NCBI RefSeq assembly: GCF_008831285.2
Contig: NC_045138.2
Coordinates: 37,696,001 to 37,760,000, forward strand
DNA: 64,000 nt
Reading direction: 5' to 3'
Source of the DNA: Nymphaea colorata
Lineage: Eukaryota
Shown here: in pieces, positions 1 to 15,100 of the stretch
Layout: every line of letters begins with the position of its first letter
Position numbering within the stretch: the first letter of the stretch is position 1
The notes under the pieces: generated by a model
Seen by the model: the letters and a program-made list of their open reading frames with translations, nothing else
The model's database searches: none
What the model was told of the DNA's origin: nothing
Program-made: the position numbers and the translations under genes

Positions 1-3000
1 TGAACATACGTCTACACGAAATGGGCCTCATTTACTTAATTGATCAGAGATAAAAGTATGCATATGAACAGTGAAAAAAAAATGTTAATTTGATGTTTCA
101 GCAACATATGGGTATAGTGTAATCAGGCAGCAGAGCGGCGCACACTTGAAAAGCATAAACGTGACCTTACATAATCTTAGGCCAAGTGCCTCATTTGCAT
201 CGGAAGCCTGTGATTCGATTTTTTGTCCAAGAATTTGAGGAAACTAGTTAACAAAAAACATGCCAGAGATGTAATTGTTGATCCATTGCCAAAAATAACG
301 TGGAAGTAATACTTACAGTTCACTGTCTAGTGTATCAAAAAATTTTTGTTCTAATACTATATCAGGTAATTAAATTAGACTTATTAATTATTTCGGAGGT
401 ACATAATCTTGTCTCGCGAAGTACTGTTTGATCTATGTAATTGCAAGCTTAGCTTGAACTTGATTCAAACTCAGGCTTGAGTGTAACTGCAACTTATGAT
501 TGATCATGAGGTTGTGTACAGACCATTCAACTACGCAATTCGAATCTTATACTGGCATGGCTGGACTCTACAAACTTGACATAAAAAGAAAATCTTGGGG
601 ACAATTTACTTAATCAGTGGTTAGTTAGTCATTTAAGCAATGTTAATTTAAAATGTATATTTGTGTATGATCAGTTATTTAGTATTAACCACTGCCTGGT
701 AAACCATGTGTAAATGTTATAGGACTTCCTTTGGAGGCATATGAGCTATGTGTATATTTGCTTTGGCTCTTCCATATGTGTTCTTCAGATCAGAAGAGAA
801 GAAACAAACACAAAAACCAAGACAAGCACTTGCATGGTTAATTTAGTCAGTCCCAACAATTGAAGCGTTGGAGTGAATACTTAAGTGATTTGGTTGCGCC
901 ATGATTCTCGAGAACCAATATGATATGAGATTTGTCTCAGTAAGGAATCTAATTATCTGAACTTAAGAAGAAAACCAGAAACCATGAAGTAATGATCAAA
1001 TTCTGAATTGATTTGGGATTTTGCTATGGAATCTGATGGTTTCGAGGTTTTTTACAAGCATAAAAGAATATTATCCAATATTTTATCAAAAGAGCTGAAT
1101 TTTGTCTAACAACAAGAACCTGTCATGCCAAGAAAGTCCGAAGACCAGGATTCATGTCAATGGCATCGCCATTTCTTGAGAAAGAGAAAGGGGAGAGATC
1201 GCTTTTCCTGATATATGAGTGATGGAGCCTGTCATCATAGGAAAGTGACGGCAGCCGGCACCAAGGCCCGGCCAGTTGCACTCCACTTGCAGAGATTCCA
1301 CACACAGACGTCTTCTGAGAAAAGCTCTGCACTCGAATGTCGATCCCAACTGATGGATGTATTACTTTATTAAAGTGAAAGAGTGATCGATGTTGGCTGG
1401 AAAAGATGTTAATTTCTCGTATACAAGTTTGGCATCTTCCTGTTAAAATCGCTACCCGCCGGGATTTGGGCCGGATGCCAAAACTTTATCCCCAGTATCA
1501 TCTATACCAACTCTGACTCATGGCAGCTTTTATCTTGAGTTTTCTCTGACTTATGGTTTCCACTTTAATTCCAAAGCGGCAATTCATGACTCATCTATAT
1601 ATATATATATATATATATAAAAGTTGTTGAGTTCAGTCAGTCAACTGATATCCTTCCACAGCTGCCATTATTTGTCAGATTCCAAATTAACATCAAACTC
1701 AAGGAAGGGCTTTCCTCCTCATCTTAATTAATACAATCGTGAATTCCAGATCGACAAACCGCCATTATCGGTCACTACATTGCAACATTACCAATGCACA
1801 GGCAAGCAAGCAATGGATCACGGCTTGAATCAACAGCACCAATTAATCTTACATACCGAGAAAGATATGTTCTGCGCCCTCGTTTTCATTGGTGTCAAAA
1901 GTCTTCACGTCAGTGAGCCGGAAACCGGGGCCCCCCGACTCTGCAACTTTGTCATGATAAAGGAGATCGAACAAGATGAACCATCCTGTCAGAAACACGA
2001 CGCTGACCAATGTTTAAAGTGGGAAAAGGGTTGTCTTTCTGGCTTCATTTTTCTCCCCTTGAATGATTGCTATGTGAGATTAGAGAATCAATTAATATGG
2101 CTAAAGATGATCATTCGCATAAGTTGGGGAAATTAGAAGATAAGATACATTCAATTGCCAAAAAATCAGGAGTAGATGAAGAAGAGATTGACATTCAAAT
2201 CTCTTTATCTATGAAAAGAGACAAAATAGAAAGGGATATTTTGAAGCAAACAAGTTGTATATCAACTCCATGATTTTAGGAATCCAAGATTGTGTTTTGT
2301 ATTCTTTAAATAGTGGAACATCTATTTCTCGTCGTTAAAATTCTTTATTCATTCTTCTTCATATCCCTTTTTAACAATCTCCACGATGCTTCAAATTACA
2401 CATAAAACTCATCATCAAATACGAAACAAATAAGGGAATTCATGATGCAAAAAGCGATCGAAAGAAGCTTAATGTCAAACAATACTGTGAAATGGAAAGT
2501 GAAGGCTTGAAATAAACCTTTCTTTTCGTAAGGTGGGAGGTCGCCTTCTTTAGAATTTAAGGCCACTGAGTGTCGGTGCCCCATTTTGAGCACAGTCACC
2601 TTCGCAAATAACTTGTTTCGGAAGAGAAAAGTTATTTAGATTGTGATAAGAACAAACATACTTTTAGCACTCCATTTTTGAGGCCTGAAATGATCGGTGG
2701 TGAAGGGCTCCCTTCAATGATTTAGATGAACCGGTTATGAAACGGCAAACTTATTAAATTTTTAATATAAAAATAAATGGAAAAAAATATATACAAATTA
2801 AATGAAAATAAAAGATCATGAAATTACTCTCAAAAGTTTTTAAAGACGACATGCAACATTTCTGAATCGCCCACCAAATTGAATCACTTTGCTGCAAATT
2901 GAAACGATTCAGGCCAACTTTACACGTTAATTGGCAGTTCATTTATCGAATAATGAGTTGGGGCAGTGGTTCAATCTTGCCACAAAACTCTAAAATGAAG

Positions 3001-3927
3001 GCTCCCTTACAAGTGTGACTTCAGATGACTTGACTTTAGATGAAGTTTCAATGCTGTCTGTACAAAAAAGTAAAAGCACTTGGGTTGCGTATCAACGAAG
3101 TTTTCATTAAAAAATAAAACACGCTTTGAGACTTTTTTTTTGGATGAAAACTTAATTTTATGAAAAACCAAACTTTTTAAAAAACTTGCTTTCGATGATT
3201 GGATGATAAGTTTTAAAAAAGTAAAAATCAGTTCTGCCTGAAAAACTTAGAGGGGTGGCAGGTTTTTGGCAAAAACCCAATTTGAATGTCACTCAAACGC
3301 GTCTGTTTAAAGGCAGAACATTCTAAAACCTGCTTTTAAGATATCATCCAAACACCTCATTTGGTGAAAACCGGTGATCGATATTAAAACATATATAATT
3401 CGCGTGTTTGGCTGACAACAAAAACGACCCTCATCTCAATTGTCAAATCAAGACTATTAAATTTGCATCTTTTCGCACAAGAAAATGAATGTCCAAAAAA
3501 GGTGTTTGCAAGAACATTGTGTTCTTAAGCACGTCTCTTAAAACACAATGTTTCTTTATCGTTGCTAGGATCCTTGACTTATATGCATTTTAAGAGCATA
3601 ATGTTTTTCTTATCATAAACGTTACAACAAAGTTGCTTTCTCCATTTGTTCTCATAATAAACTATTAGCCTTGCCAATGCAACAACAGCCTCGTTTGTTG
3701 GCCCAAATGGCTCACAACCTTAGTCCAAATCTCGAATCCAATTGAAGAAAAACATGAGCATGAATGCCTGTTTGGCTGTCCCCAATAATTGCATTCAATT
3801 AGAACAGTAACCCATTATCATTAAATGGACCCTGCCGTCGCTTACGGACACAATACCTCATCAATCTCTCCAACATTCAACCCACAAAAAAAAATGCACA
3901 TGGGGTTTTGTGTATCAGCAGTCACAG

Positions 3928-3951
3928 TTATATATATATATATATATATAT

Positions 3952-3986
<35 letters not shown>

Positions 3987-3987
3987 T
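3928..3987. repeat. Compound microsatellite (TA)n(TTTA)n
   Basis: Read directly from the sequence. Confidence 0.95.
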
Positions 3988-6900
3988 AGAGGGCCCGGAC
4001 CGAATCACATTTACTACTCTAAAATTTTGACAAAACGGCCATTCCAGGTCCCGCCCATTTACGTCCTTGCCTGCTAACTTCCAATGTTATTCATGAGCCA
4101 AAAGGTGAATAGCTCCGTTGCTTTAATAATCCATGCACATGCATGAACAGAAATGGTGCACAATAATGCCGGCATCAATGCAGTGTGCAACTGCATCTTT
4201 TTATATATATATATATATAATCAGAGCTTATAGTGCAATGGCTTCTAGCTAGTTGTTACTGATATTGACGTAGATCTAATGGATTCGAAGGGATGAGTTC
4301 ATGTCCAGTTCGTGCCAAATGAATTCAGATCTTGAAAGTAGTAACATCAAACAACTAACTTTAAGCAAAAAAATGAATCCCATATTTGCTTTTTCTTTAA
4401 TGTTATTTATGTCTTTGCTTACATCAACAGCTTAAACTTGCCGAAGGAAAGGTAATTATTGCCAACATGTCCACAGGGTAATTGACGGTGTTCTGAAAAT
4501 AAGTTTTCTTTTGGAAATAAAAATTTAGTGAAATATGTATATCACTAGATACTTACATACTAGATGGATAAAGAACAATTTTTATATATATATATATGAC
4601 AGTCAGAGGATAACTCTTGCCTAGCACAGCCATGTTATCTGAAATATTATGATGATATATGACTATGTTTATTAATTATTTATAAGGTGGTAGATGGTAG
4701 ATACTTGTATAGGAGTACTTGATCTTTTTTAGATGGCGATTAAGAAGAAAACAAGGAGAAAAATGTAACGAGACATTTTTGTCATTATCAACTTTGTTCT
4801 CATTGTTTTTCTCTCAACTATCAATTTGGAAAAAGATTAAGAGTTGAGATTGTTCCTCATCGATCTAAAATCAACCTGTCTAACATACAAGGTATATCTA
4901 AAAGGCAGGAAAAAGTAAAATTAAACATGCATATGATGGATTCCATCCCAGGGTAAACTCATGCAATTGTTAGAGCGATGGCTTGACGATCTCGAAGGAG
5001 TCAAAAAAAAAAAATCTTTAATACAAACGAGATCTGATTGACTTTGAAGTCCATTTATTAAATTACAGTCTTTGAATAAACCAATCATAAGTTGACCCAT
5101 TTGAAGAACAACAATTGAAATTAAAAAAAAAAAAATCAACGGAGATGATAGAATAAACAATGTTACATTGCATCATGGATACATATCCATTTGTATATAC
5201 ATTTGTTAGAGACTTATCTTCAAGCCAGGCCGTAGTAGCAGCTGGGATCAATGTTGTAAAAATCGGATTTGATTACTTTATAAAGGAAAACCTAAAAGCT
5301 AAGGTGGATCGAATCGACCATTATATATCGGCTGTGACATCATTAAAATAATAAATGTATTCATTCCCTCCAATTTTTTTTCCCAAAATAAATTCATGAA
5401 AAAATTAAAAAAAAAAAAGGGGGCCGTAGTTTCCAATATGGGTCAAATGGCATTTATTGGGTCCATATCCGCCGACAAACGGAAAGGAGCGCATAACTGG
5501 GCTCTCCATTTCATGTGGGTGGGTCCATAGAAACATGGCTCCACTTAACCATGTTGGACCAAACTCTATGAACCTACACATGCCCATGTGCACAGGTCCC
5601 GGGTCAGGTTTACAACCCTACCAAGTCCAGTTCAGGCTATCTACACTCGGATATTCTTTTCTAGACTCAAATCCCGGCCGGTCTAGAACTAGTAGTATTT
5701 CAGATTTAATTCCGACTAGTTGTATTTTTGACCTCGATATAAAAGTGCCTGTGTTGTTGCAGGTTTACAAACTTCGATTCACGTATTCTAAGAATGTCCT
5801 TCTTGTGGCTATATAACTTGGATTTGAACCAGTTGCTTTGCGAAATCATGATCGGCCCGCACTCGAATCTTCTCAAGCAATGCTAGCTGGCTGTCGTAGT
5901 TATATGTATATAACAAAATTGAATTGTGATTTTGGCTTTTATTTGATTAAATAGGATGATGGACGAGTAAGGGAAAAACAATGAAAAAAAGTGATGGATA
6001 TTTTTGTCATCTAGTTTAGTCAAGCTGATCGTAGTAATCGCAACTAATTCAACTGCATCGGTGGATTGGACGTGCCGTGCACATCTGTGGGATAAATCAA
6101 CATGCATGACAATGCTTTCAGCGCCAACAAGATAAGAACAAAGCTGGTAGTAAGAAGACGAATGTGCATGCATTTCTAATGCAGCCAATTTGAGTGTGAA
6201 TAACATGAAACAACCAAACAATGAATAAAATAAAATGAGTGGCATGCACGTCCAGCTTTCTATCTACTTTTTATTTTATTTCTTCCCAAAAGAAATAATA
6301 TACTCATATATATAACAGCACTTATTTGATCATCTAGTGATCATGTCACGTTTTTCAAGTAAAAACTTAACCGTAGCCCATAGGTACGCAAGATTCAATG
6401 TAAAAGTCACCTTATATGATGTGCATAAAAATGATACATTAAAGCTTCCTCTGGTCATAAATTATAATTTATGTATTGAAATTCACGATTACTTGCTTTG
6501 GAGAATGATTTCACAGGAAAAAAGGTTTTTCCAACCTGTCTCTTCCATCTCAACTTACTTTAGAAGCATAACACCTTCGCAAGAAAAGACCATTTTTATT
6601 TATTTTACAGGAGATTTTTTTTACCATTCTACTTGGTGTCTTTCATTTTAGTTGCAAGGACATTACGGTCATTTTCAGCCCCTAACACATGGTCTCGTAT
6701 TAGGGGGCCCACATAACATATTAACTGCTCCCATATTACTCTGAGAGAACATTATTTATCGGGTTTTCTAACGGAGTCAGTATATACCAAATGACCCGTG
6801 AGCCGGGATTGACAGGAAGGGCCATTATGGTAACTTCACAAGCTGCCGTTTTTTTCTTTTTCTTTTTTGCGCCAATTTCACTTTTTCCTCCCCGCGGCTT

Positions 6901-7165
6901 TGAACGCGGCATGAGTTTGGGCTTTTCTCCGTTTCTCTTCTTCCGCTTCAAAAATTTGCCCACTCCGGCGCCACATCCCCTCTCTCCCTCTCTCTTTCTG
7001 AGTAGAGAAATCGATCGATCTCTGTGAGGCAGAGGAAGCGTCTTCTTGACAAGTTCCTCCTGGACGAATACGTTCTCTCTCTCTTTCCCTCGCTCTCTCT
7101 CTCTATACGACGAGCTAGGGTTTGCCTCCGCCTTCTCCACCCCTCCCGAGAGGGAATTCCAATAG

Positions 7166-7687
7166 GTAACGAGGAACTCAACGATTCTGTTTCTGGTTTT
7201 CTTTGTGACCGATTTCGCGCGTGATCCACAAGGGATCGCGATTCCCTACACTGAATTTTGACGCTTTTCGCGATTGATTTCGTGCTTCCTTTTGCTCGAG
7301 AGAAATTAAAACCTCTGGATTTTCCTAAGCTAGATTCTGCTGAAGAGAAGAGAGTATCGGATTTTTGAAATCTGTGACGCGAGTTATTGGTGGAACTGAG
7401 ATCTCGTTTGGTTCCTCATTGATTGTTTGGAAAAAAGCGGGTGTTTAGTTAAGCGAACGAGATCCGGCGCTCGGGGGAAATTAAATGAAGGCATTAATTG
7501 TTTATTTTCTTCTGGTGGAGGGAGAAGCTTTTTATTTGTCTCGAATTCTTCCGTGATCAGAGATCGCGAAATCTGTTTCCTGGATCTTTCACGGGAACCA
7601 CGAGGGGATCAAGAACTCGACCCTGCGGTTTCCCGCCGGCTTTTGCATAAAATCCTAAGGAAAGGATCGTGATTTTTTATTTCACAG
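7166..7687 (+). other. Probable 5'-UTR intron of the GAUT gene
   Basis: AG|GTAAC donor at 7166 follows a CT-rich leader (7020-7160); U-rich tract and TTCACAG acceptor end at 7687. Confidence 0.5.
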
Positions 7688-7716
7688 GAAGAGACGGGAG
7701 CGGGCCGAAGAGGGGG

Positions 7717-7752
7717 ATGAGGAGGAGGAGGAGGCTCGCTTTGAACGGTTAG
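7717..7752 (+). promoter_or_regulatory. Upstream ORF MRRRRRLALNG* in the GAUT leader
   Basis: ATG at 7717, five AGG codons, TAG at 7750-7752; same frame as the main ATGs at 7789/7798. Confidence 0.5.
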
Positions 7753-7797
7753 TATAGGAAGGAGGGACGACGGAGACGGTCGAGATTTATGGGGAAA

Positions 7798-10700
7798 ATG
7801 CAACTTCATTTCTTGCCGGGGCACAGAAGAGTGACGATCTCGACGAGAGATTGCCTGCCGGAGATCGTTAAGGCACAGGGTGGAGGAAGCGGCAAGGCGT
7901 CGAATCCCCGGCGGTTCTCTTGCCGGTCCGTGCTCCCAACGGCCTTCCTGCTGACGATCATCATGCCCTTCCTCTTCTTCCGCACGGCCTTCCTCGCCCT
8001 CGACGGCGCCACCGGATGCCCTTCTCTCGGTGAGTTCTCATTTTTTCTCCCTCTCATGACATCTTTTACTACCGAAGCATCTTTCTTCCTTGCGCCGTGC
8101 AGATGCTGCGCCAAAATTCACATAAATGTCCTTATCGTTATTTTCTCGCTAGCGCAAAAAATCCGGCTGTAGTTTCGATTTCTTGGATGTCATTGGAAGA
8201 TGGCCGGAAAAAAAAAAGGGGGACACCAGTATCCGAAATACCGGAAAAGTAGTTTCTCTTTCGTCCTGTTAATGTCATCACCGTAATATTTTTGTGAAAG
8301 CCGCTTAAACGTAGGTTTCTCTAAACTATATCGGCTCATGAGAACGATTAATCGTGTTCGAGTATCCACGTTATTTATACTAAGAGTTATTGAATTGATC
8401 TTGGAGGAGAAGTGACAATCTCTTAATTAGAATTGCGTCCTTAAGGCACAACTTGTTGATGAATCGCTGGTTTTTGTCGTATATTTAAATATATAAGAAA
8501 AGTTTGACAATTCTTATGTAGTGAAATTTTAGGTTAATGTTACGACAATCGATGAATGATAGTGTTTTACTATAAACCGGTATCTGAAATATGATTCTGA
8601 AATTACAGTAATTTCGAATATCACCCGTTTATCTCCGTTAGCTGCGACCTCGGTAATCGGTGTTGGCGTCTGTGGACTGTGTGTGTAAATCAACAGGAGG
8701 GGAAGTGCGCTTGTGTTTCTTCGGCCTTCTTGTAGAGAGAGTGAGTCGCTTGTAAAGGAATTACGGTTGGCGCCTCTGGGTTCGGTTGGACGCGCATACG
8801 CGAACCATTGAAGGCCTGAGGTTCGTGAAATGGGCTTGACAAACTGTGCTGCTCATGTTTCACAAGCTACCTTGAATTATTAAAATTCTGCTTCGTCATG
8901 GCTTAATCAGGAGGGCCGTTGCTTGTTAGTCTTAAGTTGTCTTCAAAAATAAGCTTCCGAAAACATGTGAATGATGTCATTGCCTTGGTATATGTTATCC
9001 AACGGCACACTCGCTGGTACTTGCATTTGTCTCTCTGCTTCCATACTTGTCATCTAATTTTTTGCATTAACTATAGTTAAACAAATAAACACAAGCCCAG
9101 ACTAAGTGCCTTGAGAAAGGAGAATTTTTTCTGAAAATTGCCACCAACATTGTAGGTGGGCCTGAATGCCTTTACATCCGAATGATGTTGCGTGGCTATC
9201 AGTCCCGTGGACGGTAGTGGTTCCCAAACACAAACTGGATTTGTTTTTTGTCGCATCACGCGATCCGGTCTCACTATCGACAGCCGTAGTCATGTGATTC
9301 CGGTATTTTAAAAAACAGGCTTGTGTATGGCCCTCGAAACAGTTGGACAGGTATATGGCCCTGGGGTGAATTTAACTACAGAGCAGATCGACTCATTTTT
9401 ATGTAGGGTCACTTCAGATGGCCGCTTGGCCTAAGGTCTGTGCTGACTTATCTGAGCAGCGCTTAAACCCTCCAAGGTTTTATGTGCGGAATTGCTTGAA
9501 TGAGTGAAGGAAAACTGTCTCAAACACGTTCTCCTCCATCTTATCTTTTCTGTTGCACCCCCTTCGGGTGAGTATATCTGGGGAAAGGGGTTTCTATAAC
9601 GTGGTTTGCTAAAGGGTGTAACCCAATATTGACAGTCTGTGTCAGAAATTCCATTGCGGCATTCGGAAAGTCCTTGACGTTTGAGCGCTGCTGGCTTACA
9701 CTGGAATTGGCTGAATCGTGGTTGAATTGGTCTGTTTGCTTTTAGATTTCTCATTTCAAATTATATTTTGTAATCAATTCCATCCGTTTAGACAATTTTG
9801 ATTTGTTTGTGGCTGTTTTCACGAGGATGCGTTTGACTTGTTTTTTCGAGAGCTGCATGAAGTGCAAATGCTAAATTTTAAGGGAATTGGTTTTCCTGAA
9901 TTTTGTGGATTTCCATCATCGCTTGAAAATACTAACGAAATTTTAAAGGAATTGTTTTCCCTGAATTTTGTGAATTCCATTATCTTTTGTGTAGCTCCTT
10001 GTCAGGATTCAGAGTTAGTTCCTTGTACTTTCAGTTTTTGTTTTTGGAAGCCACGAACAAACGTAAGTTTCTTCAATAACTAACATTCAAATTATTCAAA
10101 ATTTGCAAATATCGAAAAGTGGGGCTAATTTTAATTTTCTCAAAGGTCAATTATGTAAAAATTCATAAACTATATTAAGCTGAATAAACGTGAAATATAT
10201 CCATGAAAAATATATTTATCATTCTCCTAGCAAGTCTATCATAAATTAAATTATCCAATGGGCCTTGTACGAGTAAAATATAGCACCTTTCTTACCATGC
10301 CAGTCACTAAATAGCAATTTGGTCTCAACATCATTTGGAAAGCTAACTTAGAGAATAAATTTTTTTGGTGGTGATCTTGGGTCTTGTGGTTTAAACTAAA
10401 TGTTTCCCATGACAAGTAGTGAAAAAATAAAGTAATATGGAAATCGGAAGTCTTACAGCCAACCGGTAACTGTAAACCTTAAAACCAGTTATGGCTTGTT
10501 TAGATCCGTTATATTGGTCACTCTTTTTCGTTTTAAATGGAGTCGTCTCATTGGTATCAAGACCACGATTAACAATTTGAGCTTTCACTCGGCTTTTTTG
10601 CCTCATGTGCAGTAATGCATGTCTGAAGGAGGTAAATTGTGTCCCTCAGTGCATGATAAATTGTGCCATTTAATCACAGCAGCTAGCTGCCCCTCGTTCC

Positions 10701-12090
10701 TGAATGAGCAAGGCTCAGTTTCGACGGTGCTGGTGACGTGACCACGTGGATCGCGATAGTGCTTCATTGTAGCCTTGTCGTATTCCGCAAATCGTTCTGC
10801 GGGCTTTTTCCTTGCCTTGTTCTATCTTTGACGTCTATGCGCCAAAGAGATTCAGAATTGTTTAAAGATGTTGTCAAATTTTAATTAATAATTGAAAAAG
10901 ACGCTTAAATTTTGAAGGGGAATACAAAAGTATGTTTAAGTTTGGATTGTTTTCATCTAACCGCTAGAATAAGATGAGAGATGTTGTTTTTCATAATAAC
11001 AGCAGCGAGATTGGAAGCCGAGACCACCAATTGCCTGAGGAAAGGGAGGATGGAGTGACCTGCACCCGAGTCCCATCTACTATTGTTGCCCCACCATCTG
11101 CACAATCCTTTCCACAAAGGAAATGAAAGTATTTGAGGGAGTTCCTCTTGCGCCAGTTTTAGTAAAAATTTCCAATCCATCGTATCTCAGGCTAAGCATT
11201 GTTGTCAAAATGAAAAAATTTACCAATGTATACCCATTTTTTGGTGAAATAGCAAAATTAAACTGGAAGTCTTAAAAATTGTCAACAATCTTTCCGTTCA
11301 TTATTCTAATGTAATGTCTTCTTAGTTTGAGCGTCAAAAATGAAAAATCGTTTGAAATTGTAATTCTGTGGATTGATGGTTTTTTAGAATTTAAAATTTA
11401 GAATTCCCCTTGGCAAGCATTTCGTGATTGTTTCAGACTGTGAGCGCCCTTCGTCGTAAAGACATCAATCGTTTCAAACTGTGATTGGACAGCCCATTGT
11501 TTCCGTTACCTAAAAGCGCATTTGATAGTCTTCCATTTTAATCTGTAGATTTAATGCGGAATGGCTAAACTCATCTGGAACCAGATCAGTTAGGTAAATC
11601 CGTAATCAATCAATAGAATGGTTCGTCTATTGTTGCTATCAGTTTCATTGGTACAGGTGTTGCGGTTTACATATTTGCTGAGGCTGCACACGATTAAAAT
11701 TGAGATGGCTTTTACAAAAAGACCACCTCTTCAGGTGGTTGTTCAAAGCACTATATTGAGGAGCTCAACACCTTCCCAATGCAGTGGTTTATGAAGACCT
11801 TTTCCTTCTAATCAAAGATCCCGGTGTTGGTTTAATATAAGCAGTACAATTGTGAAACAAGCGTGCTTTAAACCTCTCAATGCGGGGTTTTCAACTCGAG
11901 TATGTGGCTTTTCTAGAAATGTTGCACCCTGAGCGCCCTTGAGCTGGCATGGCATTTCTGTGTTGTTTTATAGTGTTCTCTGGGTGGCTGTGTAGCCGTG
12001 GAAAACGACGGGTAACTGTAATTCCCATAGTTCAACAAAAGTCAATGCCTTGAAATAGTCATGTCCGCCCATGATTTTTAAAGTCGTGAA

Positions 12091-12132
<42 letters not shown>

Positions 12133-15100
12133 CTCATGTGACATGTTGACACTTAATATTGTTTGTTACTAATTTTTCAGACTGCATTGGGAGGACACTT
12201 AGTCAGCGGTTTCAGTGGATAGGTGGCGACGCTTCTCGGGTATGTCTTTATGCCCCTAGGACAGGGAAACTTGTATTTGATCATAGATTACTTGCTCTGA
12301 TCAAGCAACATGATTGACTCATAGCATGGTCCACAAAAGCCTGGGTCAATTCAGTGGAGAAAATCCTTGAAAAGTTTGGCGTTTGACCATGTAAGGATTG
12401 CCCACCTCTCCTTCTGCGTTGTGCATAAATGCAGAGACAGATCGTTGAACTTTTGGCTAGAATGACTCCGGTGCCAACTATATTCTTAGAGATACGGTTT
12501 AGGTGCCGATCCTAATTCCATCTGCTAGGCTACCTCCATGAGTGCAATATCTAGAAAAGTTGATTTAATTAATGAAATTCATAGTTAGACTCCTTTATAT
12601 TTGTATACAACATCAAATGGGACGTTAGTCATATTTCCTTAACATCGGGATGGCTCGTTTCTACTTAATTAATCGAATGTTTGGACATCGGCCGAATCCC
12701 GATATCTGGGTTGCTAGATATTTTGAAAGCATTACCCTGTCTGAGTTAATCCTAGTGAGGTTATTGTGAAAGCATTACCCTGTCTGAGTTAATCCTAGTG
12801 AGGTAATTGTGTCAACCAGTCCCAAAGATATAACTGTCTAAGGCGGTGAAACAGTAAGCATTCTCACCCCATCAAGGATGGTTTCCAAGATTTGGGTGTC
12901 AGAAGGAAGGTATAAGACAACGAAAAGGACAATATGCCATATTTCTTGCTGGTCAGCCATCACGCTAATGTCAGGCAGTTGACTGGTTGACCAACGATTA
13001 TGATAGTTGAGCACTGCGGAAGCCTAATAGGACCTAACGGGCTTTCCTTGCTGTTCATGATATATGATTTTATGGCAATCTAGCCATGCAGTTGACAGAA
13101 TAACTTGACAAAATTCTCTTGGTGGCGATTTGTTCACTTAGAACTTACTAGATGAAGCTATGTTTATGAAAATATGATAGCTTTTCTCTTGTTATATTCT
13201 TCTCCAGCTTATCCCTCATATTCATGACTCTAAGGGTCAATCTTCAGAGAAGAGGCAAATGAACCAACCAAGGCTGACGACTTCCCATGCCAGGTATGGG
13301 TTAAATACAGGAATAATGCGAGACCCGGATTGGGTTTAAGGTGTAAGTGTAGAAAGAATCCCACTTGGGTGCTGTGCATGGTCACAGTTACATATAGTTT
13401 TGATTACTGCAGAGGTTCAGGCCTGGAACACCAGAAAAAATGAATATGAGTGTGTTAAAAAATGCCTTTATTGTTCTCCTTAAATCCATTAAGTTTGTCG
13501 CTCTTGACCGGTTCTGTTTGCATCCTCAACCAACATGGAGAAAGTGAACAAAACCTATAACGTGTTCAACTTTGGGAAACATCCTTCATATTCACTTAGA
13601 AAGTTGTGTTTGGTTTCAATTCTAGTGCTTGAAGGTTCTATTTTGGGTGAGCAGTTCCCCTTTAAGTCCCATAAATGTGCTATTTTGCATGTTTTTAATG
13701 TGAATTTAGTATTGCAGGCATTGGCAGCGGAGCTGACCTGGGCTATTCTTAAGGCTGAAAATGAGTTGAATGAAAACCAAGGGGATGAGGATATTCCTGA
13801 GTCATTGGATGATCTTATTGCTGACCTGAAGGCTAACACACACAACGTGGACATGTTTGTATTGAAGACTAAAGCATTGGTATGTAATTCATCAGGATTG
13901 CTAGATTAGCATGCAACCGAGATTTCTATTTATTTAAAATTTTGCGAATCCATGTTTTTCGTTCTGTATTTCTGCATAGGCTGTGCATCAACTTGTTATA
14001 ATGACATAATCATTAGATGAGCCAACGATCTGTTATTTAACTGTTAAATTGTGTAAGATCCATATGCCTTGCTGCCTCAACAATAAACACTGAATATATG
14101 GGTTGCGTCTGGGCATACATTTCATGGCCCAGTGTCCAAGTTATGGCTTAAGTGTCATAACCATTTACCATTTCTAGTGCAGGAAGCAATATATTTAAAT
14201 TTGGTTGCCTACAGAACTAGGCTAGGATTTATTTGTGTGGGCATCCTTATGGAGTTCAGATTCATGATAGGCCCTTTTCCAACTTTTGTTTCTAGTCACT
14301 TATTTTATGTTTGTGTGTCTATGTATGTAACATTTTAGTGTATGTTGCTAAGCGCATCTAGCAAGGTACCTCTTCACAACTTGGTTGAGCTCATTCGTTG
14401 GTCAACACTAGTGATAGTATGAAGCAAGTATTGGTGCTTCCCTGACATATAGTTTTCTATTGCATTTTTTGGTTCATGGTTGTAGATCTTCTCTAGCATT
14501 TGTCAGTTGGATTCAAAGTTACAGAATTATTGATGTTTTACAGTTGATTGAAAGCTCATGTGGTCGTTTAATTAATTTTGGTTTGTTGCCTTATTTCAGC
14601 TATCAAAAATGGAACAGAAGGTTCGAGCAGCCAAACTGCAAGGGTATATATATCGCCACTATGCATCAATAGGTGTTCCTATGAGCTTGCATTGCTTGAG
14701 CCTGAAGCTCGCTGATGAGTACTCATCAAATGCTGCTGCTCGTATACAGATCCCTTCACCTGATTCTGTTACATGTCTTACCAACAACTTGTACCAACAT
14801 TATGTCCTCCTCACCGACAATGTTCTTGCTGCTGGTGTGGTTATTGCTTCTGCAGTCAAAAGCTCTGCCAAGCCAGAGAATGCAGTGTTCCACATTATTA
14901 CTGACAAGAAAACCTATGCACCAATGCATGCCTGGTTTGCACTGAACCCTGTCTATAGTCCAGCAGTTCTGGAGGTCAAAGGCCTTCACCAGCTTGACTG
15001 GCCATCAGAATCCAACATCAAAGTGGTGGAAATTACAGAAATGCATGGGGCAGTTAAAGAATACTTTTATAATAGGTGGCAGGGGTCAAGTCTTTCACAT

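Noticed and set aside
1426..1487. Small hairpin AAGTTTGGCATC...GATGCCAAAACTT as a miRNA precursor
   Set aside because: The stem is only ~12 bp and matches no miRNA I recognise.
1780..2273. ORFs of 118 and 68 aa
   Set aside because: No recognisable domain or convincing splice structure.
4224..4317. tRNA gene or SINE head (TAGTGCAATGG A-box-like, GAGTTCATGTCC B-box-like)
   Set aside because: No cloverleaf can be built, the B box is degenerate, and no TSD was found; at most a decayed SINE.
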